A DNA stretch of 64,000 nt from NCBI GenBank assembly GCA_963662625.1, contig OY759726.1, positions 512,001 through 576,000 on the forward strand. Reading direction: 5' to 3'. A program made the translations under genes and the position numbers. Shown piece by piece: positions 19,858 to 29,838 of this stretch. Below the pieces are notes generated by a model. That model made no database searches, was not told the DNA's origin, and saw only the letters and a list, made by a program, of their open reading frames with translations. The stretch's first letter is position 1. Each line of letters opens with the position of its first letter. This DNA comes from Nitrosopumilus sp. Lineage in GTDB: Archaea > Thermoproteota > Nitrososphaeria > Nitrososphaerales > Nitrosopumilaceae.

Positions 19858-20133
19858 TCAGATCGAGTCCATGAACCTGGCCAGGTCCACGTCGTTCCGG
19901 GTTATGCCGCCCGCGTCATGGGTGGTCAGGTCGACTACCAGCCGGTTGTACACGTTGAACCATTCCGGGTGGTGGTTGGCCTTCTCGGCGTGCATCGCGG
20001 CCCTGGACATGAACCCGAACGCCTGGTTAAAGTCCTCAAACTCGAACTCCTTGTGCAGCTTTCCGTTGACGACCGTCCAGCCGTCCAGGCTGTCCAGTTC
20101 CCTCCCGACCGCCTCCGGATCCAGCTTTTCCAT
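19858..20133 (-). CDS. phhB: Pterin-4a-carbinolamine dehydratase
   Basis: [20 protein letters not shown]. Confidence 0.92.
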   Translation of the reverse strand: MEKLDPEAVGRELDSLDGWTVVNGKLHKEFEFEDFNQAFGFMSRAAMHAEKANHHPEWFNVYNRLVVDLTTHDAGGITRNDVDLARFMDSI

Positions 20134-20195
20134 GCACCTGTGAACCGGGATCCATTAGTTAAAGATTTGTGGGGCTGGCCCGCAGGCAGTCCGGG

Positions 20196-20975
20196 ATGGC
20201 TGCGTGTGCGGAGGACGGGTTGCTCGGGATGATAAGGCGGTCCGTGGCGGAGGCCGTCCCTGCGGGGAGGATCGGGATCGCGTTTTCCGGCGGGGTGGAC
20301 AGCTCCCTGATGGCCAGGGTGTGCTCCGGGATGGGCTACGACGTCACGCTGCTGACTGTCGGGTTCCGGGAATCCCACGACATCGCGTTTGCAAGGAAGG
20401 TGAACGAGTCGCTGCTGCTTCCGCACGGGATCCACGAGATCGACCCCGCCGCGTTCACGGGCGTCTCGGGGAAGATCAGCCGGGCGGTCGGCAGCCGGGG
20501 CATCTCGTGGATCGAGAACTGCATCGCGTTTTACTACGTCTCGCGCCTTGCAAGGGACATGGGGCTCGGGACGGTGGTCACCGGCAACGGGATCGACGAG
20601 CTGTTCTGCGGGTATGACGCGTACAGGCGCGCCATCCCCGGTGGCGATTCCCGGGTGATGGAGGTCATGGACGAGAAACTGGAAAACGAGCTCGGGATGA
20701 TGGGCGCGGTGGGCGCGGTCGCCTCGGAGTTTGGCGTGGGGGTGATCCAGCCCCTGCTTTCGGCGGGCTTTGTAAGGTATGCCCGGGAGGTGCCGGTGTC
20801 AGAAAAGATCCACGGCCCGGGAGACCTCCTCAGGAAGCACGTCGTGAGGAGGCTGGCTGCCAGGGTGGGGGTCCCGGCGCTGTCCTGCATGAAGCGGAAG
20901 AAGGCCCTCCAGTACGGCTCCAAGATACACAAGAACCTCATGAAGTCCCGGCGGGGGGCCCCGCCTGCCGCCTGA
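20196..20975 (+). CDS. Asparagine synthase C-terminal domain (PP-loop) protein
   Basis: AFSGGVDSS, GNGIDELFCGY and KKALQYGS. Confidence 0.85.
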   Translation: MAACAEDGLLGMIRRSVAEAVPAGRIGIAFSGGVDSSLMARVCSGMGYDVTLLTVGFRESHDIAFARKVNESLLLPHGIHEIDPAAFTGVSGKISRAVGSRGISWIENCIAFYYVSRLARDMGLGTVVTGNGIDELFCGYDAYRRAIPGGDSRVMEVMDEKLENELGMMGAVGAVASEFGVGVIQPLLSAGFVRYAREVPVSEKIHGPGDLLRKHVVRRLAARVGVPALSCMKRKKALQYGSKIHKNLMKSRRGAPPAA

Positions 20976-22317
20976 CCTGCCTGTTCACGTCGCTGATGAT
21001 CTTGGGCCCCGCGCCAAGGTGCCTCTCGGGGGAGAATATCGCGTCTATCTCCCTGGGCGTCAGCCTCGACGAGAACGCGGCGTCGCCCTTCACGGCGTCC
21101 GCGTACTGGATCCCGGCATCCCTTGCCTCAAAGGCGACCCTCTGCACGTCCCTGTAGGCCTCCATCCTCGGGACGCCCTTCCTGATGAGCGCCTCTAGGA
21201 CGAACTCGGCGAAGATCTGCCCCCCCGTCATGCGCAGGTTCTCGGCTATCCTCCCCTCGTCCACGCTGAGGTTCGAGATGATCCCGGACATCGTCTCCAG
21301 CATCTCGTCGGCGAGGATCGACACGATCGGGATGGTGAACCTCTCGTTTGCCGAGTTCGAGAGGTCCCTCTCGTGCCACAGGGGGATGTTCTCAAACGCG
21401 ATCCCCACCTGGCTGCGCATCATCTTTGAGAACGACGACACCCTCTCGCTCTTGATCGGGTTCCTTTTTACGGGAACCGCGCTGCTGCCCATCTGGCTCC
21501 TCTTGAAGTGCTCGGCCACCTCGCCTATCTCCGTCCTCTGCAGGTTCCTCACCTCTACTGCCATCTTTTCGAGCGTTGCGCCGATCAGGGCCAGCCCGAA
21601 CACGTACTCCGCGTACCGCTCCCTGGGGACCACCTGGGTAGTGACCCTGGCCGGGCGCAGGCCCAGGCGCTCCGCGACGCGCCTCTGCACCTCCAGCGAC
21701 CTCGCCCCCATCAGGGAGCCCGTGCCCACCACCCCCAGGGTCTTGCAGACTAGCGCCCTCTTCTTGATCCCCTCGATCCTCTCCAAGTGCACGGCCATCT
21801 CGGACGCCCAGTTTGCGAACTTTAGGCCGAACGGGATGATGCTCGCGTGCTGCCCGTGGGTCCTTCCCACCGCCGGGGTCTTGCGGTACCTGACTGCCTT
21901 CTCCGCCAGGATCAGGGCCACCCCTGCCACCTTCGGCCCTATGATCCCCAGCGCGTCCCTCATCTGCATCGAGTTGCTCGTGTCCACCAGGTCGTTGCTT
22001 GTCAGGCCGTAATGTATCCACGGCCTCGCGTCCCTCGGGCACGCCTCCCCCAGCGCCTCCACGAGCGCGGCCGTGTCGTGGTCGCTCTTGGCCTCCAGGC
22101 GCTTGATCCGCGCCGCGGTGATCTTCCCGGATCGCGCGGCCGCGAGTATCTTCCTCCCCGCGCCCCTCGGTATCACCCCGATCTCGCTCTGCGCGGCGGC
22201 CGCGGCCCCCTCTATCTCCAGCTGGTAGTCGACCTTGCGCTGCTCGCCGAATATCGCGGTCATCTCCTTCGTGCCGTAACGGCCGCCGTCTATCGGTAGT
22301 ATCGCCAACGGCTTCAC
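20938..22317 (-). CDS. purB: Adenylosuccinate lyase
   Basis: HYGLTSND, GRTHGQHA, GSSAVPVKRNP and HERDLSNS. Confidence 0.95.
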   Translation of the reverse strand: MKPLAILPIDGGRYGTKEMTAIFGEQRKVDYQLEIEGAAAAAQSEIGVIPRGAGRKILAAARSGKITAARIKRLEAKSDHDTAALVEALGEACPRDARPWIHYGLTSNDLVDTSNSMQMRDALGIIGPKVAGVALILAEKAVRYRKTPAVGRTHGQHASIIPFGLKFANWASEMAVHLERIEGIKKRALVCKTLGVVGTGSLMGARSLEVQRRVAERLGLRPARVTTQVVPRERYAEYVFGLALIGATLEKMAVEVRNLQRTEIGEVAEHFKRSQMGSSAVPVKRNPIKSERVSSFSKMMRSQVGIAFENIPLWHERDLSNSANERFTIPIVSILADEMLETMSGIISNLSVDEGRIAENLRMTGGQIFAEFVLEALIRKGVPRMEAYRDVQRVAFEARDAGIQYADAVKGDAAFSSRLTPREIDAIFSPERHLGAGPKIISDVNRQVRRQAGPPAGTS

Positions 22318-22448
22318 TGTCCGCGCATCGAAAATAAACCTTCGTTGCGCGGCGGGCCGCGGCGGCCCGGAATCCCGGGTCCGGCCGGCCCCCGCGCGCA
22401 GCCTGCTTATGGTTTAAATTGTCTCTGCGCCGATTTCCACCTGATCTT

Positions 22449-23897
22449 ATGCCCCCCGCCGCCCCGGAAAAAATCGCAGAAAACCAGTACCAGATTGACG
22501 CGGACTCCGATCTCGGCATGAGGGTGCCGGTCAGGATTTACGCGGACGAGCCCCTGCTTGCGAAGATGCTCTCGGACAGGACGATCCTCCAGGCGAGGAA
22601 CGTCGCGGCCATCCCCGGGATCGTCGGCCAGAGCATAGTCCTGCCCGACGGCCACGAGGGGTACGGCTTTCCGGTGGGGGGCGTCGCAGCGATGGACGCC
22701 GACGAGGGGATGATCAGCCCCGGTGGCGTGGGGTACGACATCAACTGCGGCGTGAGGCTCTTGCGCTCGAACCTGACCGAGGCCGACGTCCGCCCGAAGC
22801 TGAAGGGCCTGGTAAACGACCTGTTCAGCTCGATCCCGTCCGGCGTGGGCTCCAAGGGCGCAGTCAACCTCAGCCCCTCGCAGCTGGACGAGGTCCTGGT
22901 AAGGGGCGTCGGCTGGGCGATCGACAACGGGTACGGGACCGCCGACGACTCTGACGTCTGCGAGGAGAACGGGCGGATCGACGGCGCCGACCCGAACAAG
23001 GTATCGGCCAAGGCCAGGAAGCGCGGCACCCCGCAGCTTGGGAGCCTGGGTTCCGGGAACCACTTCCTCGAGGTGCAGCGCGTGGCCGAGATCCACGACG
23101 AGGAGGCCGCGTCGAGGATGGGGATCCGGGAAGGGACGATCACGGTGCTGATCCACTGCGGCTCCCGCGGGTTCGGGCACCAGGTGTGCAGCGACTACCT
23201 GCGGGTGTCAGAGCAGGCCCTGGACAGGTACGGCATCAGCCTTCCCGACAGGGAGCTTGCGTGCGTTCCCAACGCCTCCGAGGAGGGGGAATCCTACAGG
23301 AAGGCGATGTTTGCGGCCCTGAACTTCGCCTGGAGCAACAGGCAGATGATCACCCACTGGACAAGAAAGTCTTTCCAGCGCGTCTTTGCCCAGTCCGAGT
23401 CAGATCTTGGCATGGGCCTGGTTTACGACGTCGCGCACAACATCGCAAAGGTGGAGCGGCACAAGGTGGACGGCAGGGAAAGGAGCGTGGTGGTCCACAG
23501 GAAGGGGGCCACCCGCGCGTTCCCGCCTGACCGCGACGAGGTCCCGTCCAGGTACAGGGACCTCGGCCAGCCCGTCCTGATTCCCGGCTCCATGGGGACG
23601 GCAAGCTGGATTCTGCTGGGAAAGCCCGGCTCCATGGACCTGAGCTTCGGCTCCACCGCGCACGGCGCCGGAAGGATGATGTCGAGGACGAAGGCGCGGA
23701 AGAGATTCTCCGAAGACGGGGTGAAGAAGTCACTCGGCGACAAGGGGATATTCGTCAGGGCGCTGACGCGCGACGGCGTGGTGGAGGAGACCCCGCAGGC
23801 CTACAAGGACGTGGATGCCGTGGTCGGCGTGTCCCACGACCTCGGGATAGCGACCAAGGTCGCCAAGCTAGTGCCAGTCGGGGTGATCAAGGGATGA
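22449..23897 (+). CDS. rtcB: RNA-splicing ligase RtcB
   Basis: PDGHEGYGFPVG, DINCG, GNHFLE, HCGSRG, HRKGAT and HGAGR. Confidence 0.96.
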   Translation: MPPAAPEKIAENQYQIDADSDLGMRVPVRIYADEPLLAKMLSDRTILQARNVAAIPGIVGQSIVLPDGHEGYGFPVGGVAAMDADEGMISPGGVGYDINCGVRLLRSNLTEADVRPKLKGLVNDLFSSIPSGVGSKGAVNLSPSQLDEVLVRGVGWAIDNGYGTADDSDVCEENGRIDGADPNKVSAKARKRGTPQLGSLGSGNHFLEVQRVAEIHDEEAASRMGIREGTITVLIHCGSRGFGHQVCSDYLRVSEQALDRYGISLPDRELACVPNASEEGESYRKAMFAALNFAWSNRQMITHWTRKSFQRVFAQSESDLGMGLVYDVAHNIAKVERHKVDGRERSVVVHRKGATRAFPPDRDEVPSRYRDLGQPVLIPGSMGTASWILLGKPGSMDLSFGSTAHGAGRMMSRTKARKRFSEDGVKKSLGDKGIFVRALTRDGVVEETPQAYKDVDAVVGVSHDLGIATKVAKLVPVGVIKG

Positions 23898-24307
23898 GCG
23901 GCCACGACTCGGAGCTGGAGCGCCTTAAGGCAAAGCGCCTCGCAGAGATGCAGAGGAACATATCGTTCAAGGAGCGGTCAGAGGAGGCGGTCCGCGCCGC
24001 CCAGGAAAAAAAGCCCCCGGGCCCCCGCGAGATCGTCACGGCCAGGCTGGGCTACAGGGGGCTGGAGGTGCTGCGGAACGCCGAATCCCAGTTCCCGGGG
24101 GAGGCGAGGCTGGTGCTGGAAAAGCTGTCGGAGCTGATTGCCTCAGGCGAGCTGTCAGAGACGCTCGACGGCGGGAAGCTGCTGCTGCTGTTCCGGTCAG
24201 TCGGGCTGCACGTGAGGATGAACACTAAGATAAACGTGGAGAAGGACGGGAAGTTCGTCTCGCTGTCTGACAAGCTGCGCAGCGAATCGGGCGGCGGTGG
24301 CGCATGA
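23894..24307 (+). CDS. PDCD5-like DNA-binding family protein
   Basis: DSELERLKAKRLAEMQ N-terminus; overlaps the rtcB stop. Confidence 0.6.
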   Translation: MSGHDSELERLKAKRLAEMQRNISFKERSEEAVRAAQEKKPPGPREIVTARLGYRGLEVLRNAESQFPGEARLVLEKLSELIASGELSETLDGGKLLLLFRSVGLHVRMNTKINVEKDGKFVSLSDKLRSESGGGGA

Positions 24308-24615
24308 GCGTGGTTTTTGAGATCGGCACGAAGGACTATGCCAACGACCTGCTCCTGGTGAAAAAGGCGCTCTCCCACATGGAGACCCTGACGGGACACT
24401 ACAACGGCTACGTGGTGAGCGAGCCGTCCTCCAAGTTCGGCTGGACGTTCTTCAGGCTGACCCTGGGTCCGGAGCTGGAAGGGGGCATACGGGAGAGGTT
24501 CTCCGACATGATCAGCAGGTACCGGTGGAGCGACCAAGGCGAGAAATTCGCAAAGTTCATGGGGGATTATTTCCAGTCCAAGGGGTGCGGGATCAAGCTC
24601 AAGAAACTGGACTAG
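24304..24615 (+). CDS. Hypothetical protein
   Basis: ATGA overlap with the previous gene; codon bias. Confidence 0.75.
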   Translation: MSVVFEIGTKDYANDLLLVKKALSHMETLTGHYNGYVVSEPSSKFGWTFFRLTLGPELEGGIRERFSDMISRYRWSDQGEKFAKFMGDYFQSKGCGIKLKKLD

Positions 24616-25685
24616 ACCCTTCTTCCCCTCTTACCGCCTTTCTTCCTCGTGGTGTCGTGTGGAATCGGGGTGACGTCGTCGATCCTCCCGATCTTGAACC
24701 CGCCCCTCGCGAGCGCCCTGATCGCCGCCTGTGCCCCGGGGCCGGGCACCCTTGAGCCCACTCCCCCGATGGCCCTGACCCTTATGTGGAACCCCGCGAA
24801 GCCCTTCGTCTTGGCCAACTCCACGACCGCGTTTGCGGCCTTCATCGCGGCAAACGGCGACGACTCGTACCTGTCGGCATTGACGTGGATTCCGCCGGAA
24901 CTGATGGCGACCGTCTCGGCGCCCGTGAGATCCGTCATGTGGATGATGGTGTTGTTGTAGCTGCTAAAGATGTGCGCGATGCCCCATTTCTCAGGATCTA
25001 CCTTTTTGGCCGGCGGGGCCTCCTGCGGATCCTGTTTTTCAGGCGCCTCTGCGGTTTGGGGCGCCTCCGGTTTTTCAGGCGCCTCGGGGGTTTGGGGCGC
25101 CTCCGGTTTTTCAGGCGCCTCGGGGGTTTGGGGCGCCTCCGGTTTTTCAGGCGCCTCTGCGGTTTGGGGCGCCTCCGGTTTTTCAGGCGCCTCGGGGGTT
25201 TGGGGCGCCTCCGGTTTTTCAGGTGCCTCTGGGGTTTCGGGCTCCGGTTTTTCAGGTGCCTCTGGGGTTTCGGGCTCCGGTTTTTCAGGTGCCTCTGGGG
25301 TTTCGGGCTCCGGTTTTTCAGGTGCCTCTGGGGTTTCGGGCTCCGGTTTTTCAGGTGCCTCTGGGGTTTCGGGCTCCGGTTTTTCAGGTGCCTCTGGGGT
25401 TTCGGGCTCCGGTTTTTCAGGTGCCTCTGGGGTTTCGGGCTCCGGTTTTTCAGGTGCCTCTGGGGTTTCGGGCTCCGGTTTTTCAGGTGCCTCTGGGGTT
25501 TCGGGTTCCGGTTTTTCAGGTGCCTCTGGGGTTTCGGGCTCCGGTTTTTCAGGTGCCTCTGGGGTTTCGGACTCCTCCGGCGTGTCTGGCTGCGCCTCGG
25601 GGGTTTGGGGCTCCTCCGGTTTTTCAGGCGCCTCTGGGGTTTTGGGCGCCGGAGCTGTACCCTCTTCGGTCTTTTCTTCTGACAA
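24612..25685 (-). CDS. rps11: Ribosomal protein uS11 with long acidic Pro-rich N-terminal repeat extension
   Basis: [13 protein letters not shown]...[14 protein letters not shown]...DVTPIPHD; TTG start after a TTTAAA box. Confidence 0.95.
   Translation of the reverse strand: MSEEKTEEGTAPAPKTPEAPEKPEEPQTPEAQPDTPEESETPEAPEKPEPETPEAPEKPEPETPEAPEKPEPETPEAPEKPEPETPEAPEKPEPETPEAPEKPEPETPEAPEKPEPETPEAPEKPEPETPEAPEKPEPETPEAPEKPEPETPEAPEKPEAPQTPEAPEKPEAPQTAEAPEKPEAPQTPEAPEKPEAPQTPEAPEKPEAPQTAEAPEKQDPQEAPPAKKVDPEKWGIAHIFSSYNNTIIHMTDLTGAETVAISSGGIHVNADRYESSPFAAMKAANAVVELAKTKGFAGFHIRVRAIGGVGSRVPGPGAQAAIRALARGGFKIGRIDDVTPIPHDTTRKKGGKRGRRV
25035..25645 (-). repeat. Coding minisatellite: about 11 x 33 bp ([11 protein letters not shown]) plus about 5 x 36 bp (PQT[P/A]EAPEKPEA)
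   Basis: Near-identical tandem units without spacers. Confidence 0.95.
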
Positions 25686-25751
25686 CGCTTACTCAGATCC
25701 CAAGGGGTTTAAAAAACATTGATTTTGCCCGTGGCCCGCCCGCCGCGCGCC

Positions 25752-26702
25752 CTACCCAAAATGCCGCCACCCCAGGGCACGCAGGCGCCTCTGCCTTCCG
25801 CCTGTCTCAACGAACACCCCGCTGCCCCTTGCGACGCGCCCGATCTCGAGGGCCGGCGTCCCCGTCAGCCGCGCGTTCCTCCGGACGATCCCCCTGCGCC
25901 CCTCCGGCACGGTGAACACGAACTCGTACTCCTCCCCGCCGTGGAAGACCAGCCTCTCCAGGCTGATCCCGTTTGAGCTGGCAAATTCCGCCAGGTCGCC
26001 GCCGGCTGGGATCCCGCATATCACGAACTTGCACCCGCTCTGCCTCGCCATCTCGTTTAGCGTGACCGACAGCCCGTCGCTGGAGTCCATCGACGAGGTG
26101 AGCCACCTCCTGATTTTGATCCCAAAGTCCAGCCTCGGGGACGGCCGTGCGAACGCCCTTGCGGCCTTGCGCCCCAGTCCCGGGGCCGCCTCCGCGCCCC
26201 CCTCCAGCATCTCTAGCCCCGCGGCCGAGTACCCGAACGGCCCGGAGGCAAAAATCAGGTCGCCCGGCCTCGCCCCCCTCCTCGCCACGATCCCCCGGGC
26301 CGGGCCAAAGACGCACACGTTGATGGCTATCTCCTCCCCCTCGTTGGTGTCCCCGCCGAGGAACCTGATGCCGAACTCGCCGGCGGCGTGGCCTATTCCG
26401 CGCGCGATCTGCCTCACCTCCGCGCGCGATATCCCCCTCGGGAGTACGAGCGAGACCATCCCGTACCGCGGCCTCGCCCCCTTTGCCGCAAAGTCGCTCA
26501 CGCATGCAACCACGCTCTTCCGTGCCGCGTCCCTCAGCGCCATCCCCGCCGGGATGTCGGTGCCCTGCACCATGGTGTCCACCTTGGCCACCACCATCGC
26601 GTCCCCGGTACGGAAATACTCCACGTCTTCCGGCGCGCGCCCCGAGTTCCCCAGGGCCCCCCGGAACACCTTGACGATGTCTGATTCACCTAACCTGCTC
26701 AT
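25752..26702 (-). CDS. thiL: Thiamine-monophosphate kinase
   Basis: SDFAAKG, GGDT, MDSSDGL and GGEEYE. Confidence 0.9.
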   Translation of the reverse strand: MSRLGESDIVKVFRGALGNSGRAPEDVEYFRTGDAMVVAKVDTMVQGTDIPAGMALRDAARKSVVACVSDFAAKGARPRYGMVSLVLPRGISRAEVRQIARGIGHAAGEFGIRFLGGDTNEGEEIAINVCVFGPARGIVARRGARPGDLIFASGPFGYSAAGLEMLEGGAEAAPGLGRKAARAFARPSPRLDFGIKIRRWLTSSMDSSDGLSVTLNEMARQSGCKFVICGIPAGGDLAEFASSNGISLERLVFHGGEEYEFVFTVPEGRRGIVRRNARLTGTPALEIGRVARGSGVFVETGGRQRRLRALGWRHFG

Positions 26703-27981
26703 AACACCTGTTCACTAGCCTTACCGCGTCCTCGACGTGGCCCTCACACGCTTCACGGCTGCCCGATTCGCCGGACACCCTGATGGCGTCCTCCGTGTTT
26801 GACTTTCTTATCAGCACCCAGCTGTCCTCGTCGATGATCCCCTTCACGCCGTCAAGCGTGTCCACGTCGGAAAACTCCGCCGATCCCTCCAGGATTTTTT
26901 CGATTACCGCGTCGTGGTAACCGCTGCCGACTTCCACCTTCCTCCTGACCTGGTGGTAGCCCCCCATGTGGTCCAGGACCTCGTCGAACCCCGCGCCCCC
27001 CATCATCGACGCTATCAGCCCCCCGGTCAATATGCCGTCCCTGCAGTAGTTGAACCCGGGCAGGACGAACCCCGCGCTGCTGCCCTCGCCGCCGGCGTCC
27101 GCCCCCGACCCCAGCATCAGTTCGATGACGTTTGCCTCGCCTACCTTCGACCTCTGCACGCTGCCGCCCCTCTCCGTGACGAACTTTTCGATGGCCACGC
27201 TCGAGTCGATGCTGAGCACGAACTTCCTGCACCCTAGATCCAGCGATTTTGCGATCCCGAGCCCGAGCGTGACGTCGGGGGCCTGCTTCTCCCCGCCCCG
27301 TACTACGACCAGCCTGTCCCCGTCCAGATCGAACGCGAACCCCACGTCCTTGCCCCGTGACGCTGCAGCGAGCCCCGCCAGGCCGTCCGACGTGGGATCC
27401 GGCCCCCTGCCGCATCCCCGAAGGCTGTCGTTGATTGTGGACACCCCGCACCCCAGGCGCCCCAGCAGGGCGGGCGCAAAGTCCCTTGCGGCCCCCCCTC
27501 CGAGGTCCACCACCACCTCCGGGGCGTCGGGGATGTCGCCTATGAGTTCGGCCGCCTCTTCCAGGTACGCGGACGTGGCGCGTTCCTCCCCGCCGATACC
27601 CGGCTTCCGGGATCCCCGGCCCTCCAAGATCCGCGGCAGCTCGCCCTCGTTGACGCCCCTCCCGTCTACTATGAACTTGAGCCCGTTCCAGCTGGCAGGG
27701 TTGTGCGACGCCGTCACCACGACCCCGGCGCCGTACCGCCTTGCCTCGCGGAAGACCACCGGGGTAGGCGCCATCCCGAGGTCGTAGACGTCCACCCCGT
27801 TTGCCATCAGGGCCGCCTTTGCCGCCTCCATGACCATGCGTCCCGACTCCCGGGTGTCCCTCCCCACGACGCACCTGCCTGATCCCGCCAGCTGAGAAAA
27901 GTTGCCGCAGTACCGCATCGCGTCCTTCAGGCCAAAGTCGTCCCCGAAGACGCCCCTTATCCCGGAAATCGTTTTCTTCAT
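26686..27981 (-). CDS. Phosphohexomutase (PMM/PGM family)
   Basis: GRDTR, TASHNP, FDLDGDR, GGEGS and RKSNTE. Confidence 0.9.
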   Translation of the reverse strand: MKKTISGIRGVFGDDFGLKDAMRYCGNFSQLAGSGRCVVGRDTRESGRMVMEAAKAALMANGVDVYDLGMAPTPVVFREARRYGAGVVVTASHNPASWNGLKFIVDGRGVNEGELPRILEGRGSRKPGIGGEERATSAYLEEAAELIGDIPDAPEVVVDLGGGAARDFAPALLGRLGCGVSTINDSLRGCGRGPDPTSDGLAGLAAASRGKDVGFAFDLDGDRLVVVRGGEKQAPDVTLGLGIAKSLDLGCRKFVLSIDSSVAIEKFVTERGGSVQRSKVGEANVIELMLGSGADAGGEGSSAGFVLPGFNYCRDGILTGGLIASMMGGAGFDEVLDHMGGYHQVRRKVEVGSGYHDAVIEKILEGSAEFSDVDTLDGVKGIIDEDSWVLIRKSNTEDAIRVSGESGSREACEGHVEDAVRLVNRCYEQVR

Positions 27982-28034
27982 CTGTTCCAAATCGGCAAGG
28001 CTTTTTATTAACTCTGGTGGCACCCTTAGAGAGT

Positions 28035-28108
28035 GCCTCGATAGCTCAGCCTGGTAGAGCAAACGCCTCGTAAGCGTTAGGTCGCGGGTTCGTATCCCGT
28101 TCGAGGCT
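28035..28108 (+). tRNA. tRNA-Thr(CGT)
   Basis: Anticodon arm AACGC-CT-CGT-AA-GCGTT; acceptor GCCTCGA/TCGAGGC. Confidence 0.95.
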
Positions 28109-28134
28109 CCTTACAATTCCAAGTCCCGTTCGGG

Positions 28135-28212
28135 TCAATCCCCGGCGGCTTCGATGTCAGCTTGCAGCTCGTCCACCAAGCCTTCCCACCAGTTACCGGT
28201 TTTCTCCGCCAT
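28135..28212 (-). CDS. Putative 25-aa micropeptide MAEKTGNWWEGLVDELQADIEAAGD
   Basis: TTATAAAG box 25 nt before the ATG (leaderless spacing); amphipathic acidic sequence. Confidence 0.5.
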   Translation of the reverse strand: MAEKTGNWWEGLVDELQADIEAAGD

Positions 28213-28973
28213 GCCCCGATAGCTACCTTCCACACTCCTTTATAATAATTCGGGGGGAAAGGCCGCGCACCGCGGGTAAAAACCCCGCAAACCCCCGCGG
28301 CGGGCGGCCCGCAACCCGTGACGCCCGCGGGATGCAGCGGGCGCCGGTTGGGCGGGATGTGCCAGGTTCCGTCCCCGACGGAGGGGCTTGCCCAAGGATC
28401 CGCGCGGGATCGTCTTGCTGGGAGCGGCGGCCGCGTCACCGTGTCCCGCATGCGGCCGCTCCGCGAAGGCGCGGCCCTGATCACCGCGCGTTCGCCGCAC
28501 GCATGCGGGGAACAAAGGCGCGGCGCGCTTCCTGCGCGCAACCCCCGCCGCGGCCCCCGCCGCCCGGCACGCCGCCACGCCCCTCACCAAAGTCCTGCGA
28601 CGGGCCCCCGCGCCGGGGCGGTTGCTTGGCCGCCTGCGCTTGGAACCGCCTTGGGCCGCGGCCGCGCCGGCGCTCCCGGGCAGGACGGGCGCGCGGAGCC
28701 GTCCGGCGGGGCCGCCAAAAAAGGGCGCGCCCGGCGGCGCGGGCTCGCGAGCCCGGAAGGGGCGGGGGGCGCGATCCGGGATCCCTCGGGAATAGCCGCC
28801 CGGGGCTTTCCCCGCGCCCGGCCCGGACGCCCCGCCCAGCCGGGGCGCGGCCGGCACCGGCACCATCCCCGGGATGGCGCCGAGTGGGGCGGCGAACGTG
28901 CGGTCGGAGGCGAAAGACACGCACGAATCGTGGCCGGGAGCTGCATCGTGGCGGATCGCTCCAAAATACCCCT

Positions 28974-29084
28974 CCCCCGCGCGCCGCGGGGGCATCCACG
29001 CCTGCCGGGGCCCCGATCCCGTAGGCCCCGCGGGCAAGCAGCCAACCCCCGCGCGCCGCGGGGGCATCCCCGCCTGCCGGGGCC
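28974..29084. repeat. Two 39-bp direct repeats (1 mismatch) separated by 33 bp
   Basis: CCCCCGCGCGCCGCGGGGGCATCC[A/C]CGCCTGCCGGGGCC at 28974-29012 and 29046-29084. Confidence 0.85.
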
Positions 29085-29204
29085 GGGCGCCACCGGTCAG
29101 ACCTGCAAGGGGGCGCCGCGCCCGGTCCGGACGCCGCTTTTCCCCACGGGCGGGTCGCGGGCTGCCGTGTTTGGAATGCCGCAGGGCCGCCCGGCTTGCC
29201 GAAT

Positions 29205-29558
29205 TCAGACTTCCAATATGTCCTGGCGTATCTTTTGCCTGGTTTTCTGGTAAAATTGTGGCGTTACCTTTCCTATACGCTTAATCGCCCTGCTTTTTAA
29301 TTGCGTAAAATAACGCTCGCGCAAGGCCCGGCTTGGTTTGTGAAATACGCCTTCTTGCGTATCTGATGCGTTGATATCCATTGCAAATTGATCGCCATAT
29401 AAGGAGGACGTTATGGGCAAACAGATGAACGTGTCGACGGAGTCGTCTTTTGAAAATTTTGAGATTACTAATACGGGGCGGTTTTTTGTATTTTGATCTG
29501 GAAACGTCACGCTGGTTAGAAGAATTTCTTGTGGTTCAAAGAGTATCCCAGAATTCAT
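29205..29558 (-). CDS. PemK/MazF-family toxin
   Basis: FPDQNTKNRPVLVIS...CLPITS...KPS...KRIGKV; low GC. Confidence 0.82.
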   Translation of the reverse strand: MNSGILFEPQEILLTSVTFPDQNTKNRPVLVISKFSKDDSVDTFICLPITSSLYGDQFAMDINASDTQEGVFHKPSRALRERYFTQLKSRAIKRIGKVTPQFYQKTRQKIRQDILEV

Positions 29559-29835
29559 CTTCTTTGTTGTCCCACATTCTTCTCATTATTGTCTGGGTTG
29601 ATCCGTGTTGGTTTGCGGAGAGTTTGTTGAGTTTGATCTCGCATTCTTGGATTGGCGTCCGTAGTGCCCTGCCATCGTCTATCAGTTTCTGTATGTGTCG
29701 ATGCTGGATGCAGAGTACTTTGGTGATGCTTTCGTGGGCCTCCTGAGGCGTTTTTTCGCCGATCCCATACAGTTGATCAGCCGTCCACAGTGATTGTTTT
29801 TCTGCTCCCGTTTCGAACCCTGTCAGCATGGTCAT
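29536..29835 (-). CDS. Putative antitoxin
   Basis: Overlaps the toxin start; acidic-aromatic C-terminus WDNKEDEFWD. Confidence 0.55.
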   Translation of the reverse strand: MTMLTGFETGAEKQSLWTADQLYGIGEKTPQEAHESITKVLCIQHRHIQKLIDDGRALRTPIQECEIKLNKLSANQHGSTQTIMRRMWDNKEDEFWDTL

Positions 29836-29838
29836 TTG

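Noticed and set aside
25035-25645. 33/36-bp repeats as a CRISPR array
   Set aside because: No spacers; unit lengths are multiples of 3 and in frame within rps11
28490-28513. Hairpin GTTCGCCGCACGCATGCGGGGAAC resembling a type I-E repeat
   Set aside because: Single copy in very GC-rich DNA; no array or cas genes
28240-29253. ORFs of 130-310 aa in the GC-rich spacer
   Set aside because: Open in most frames with A/G/P/R-dominated composition and no codon bias
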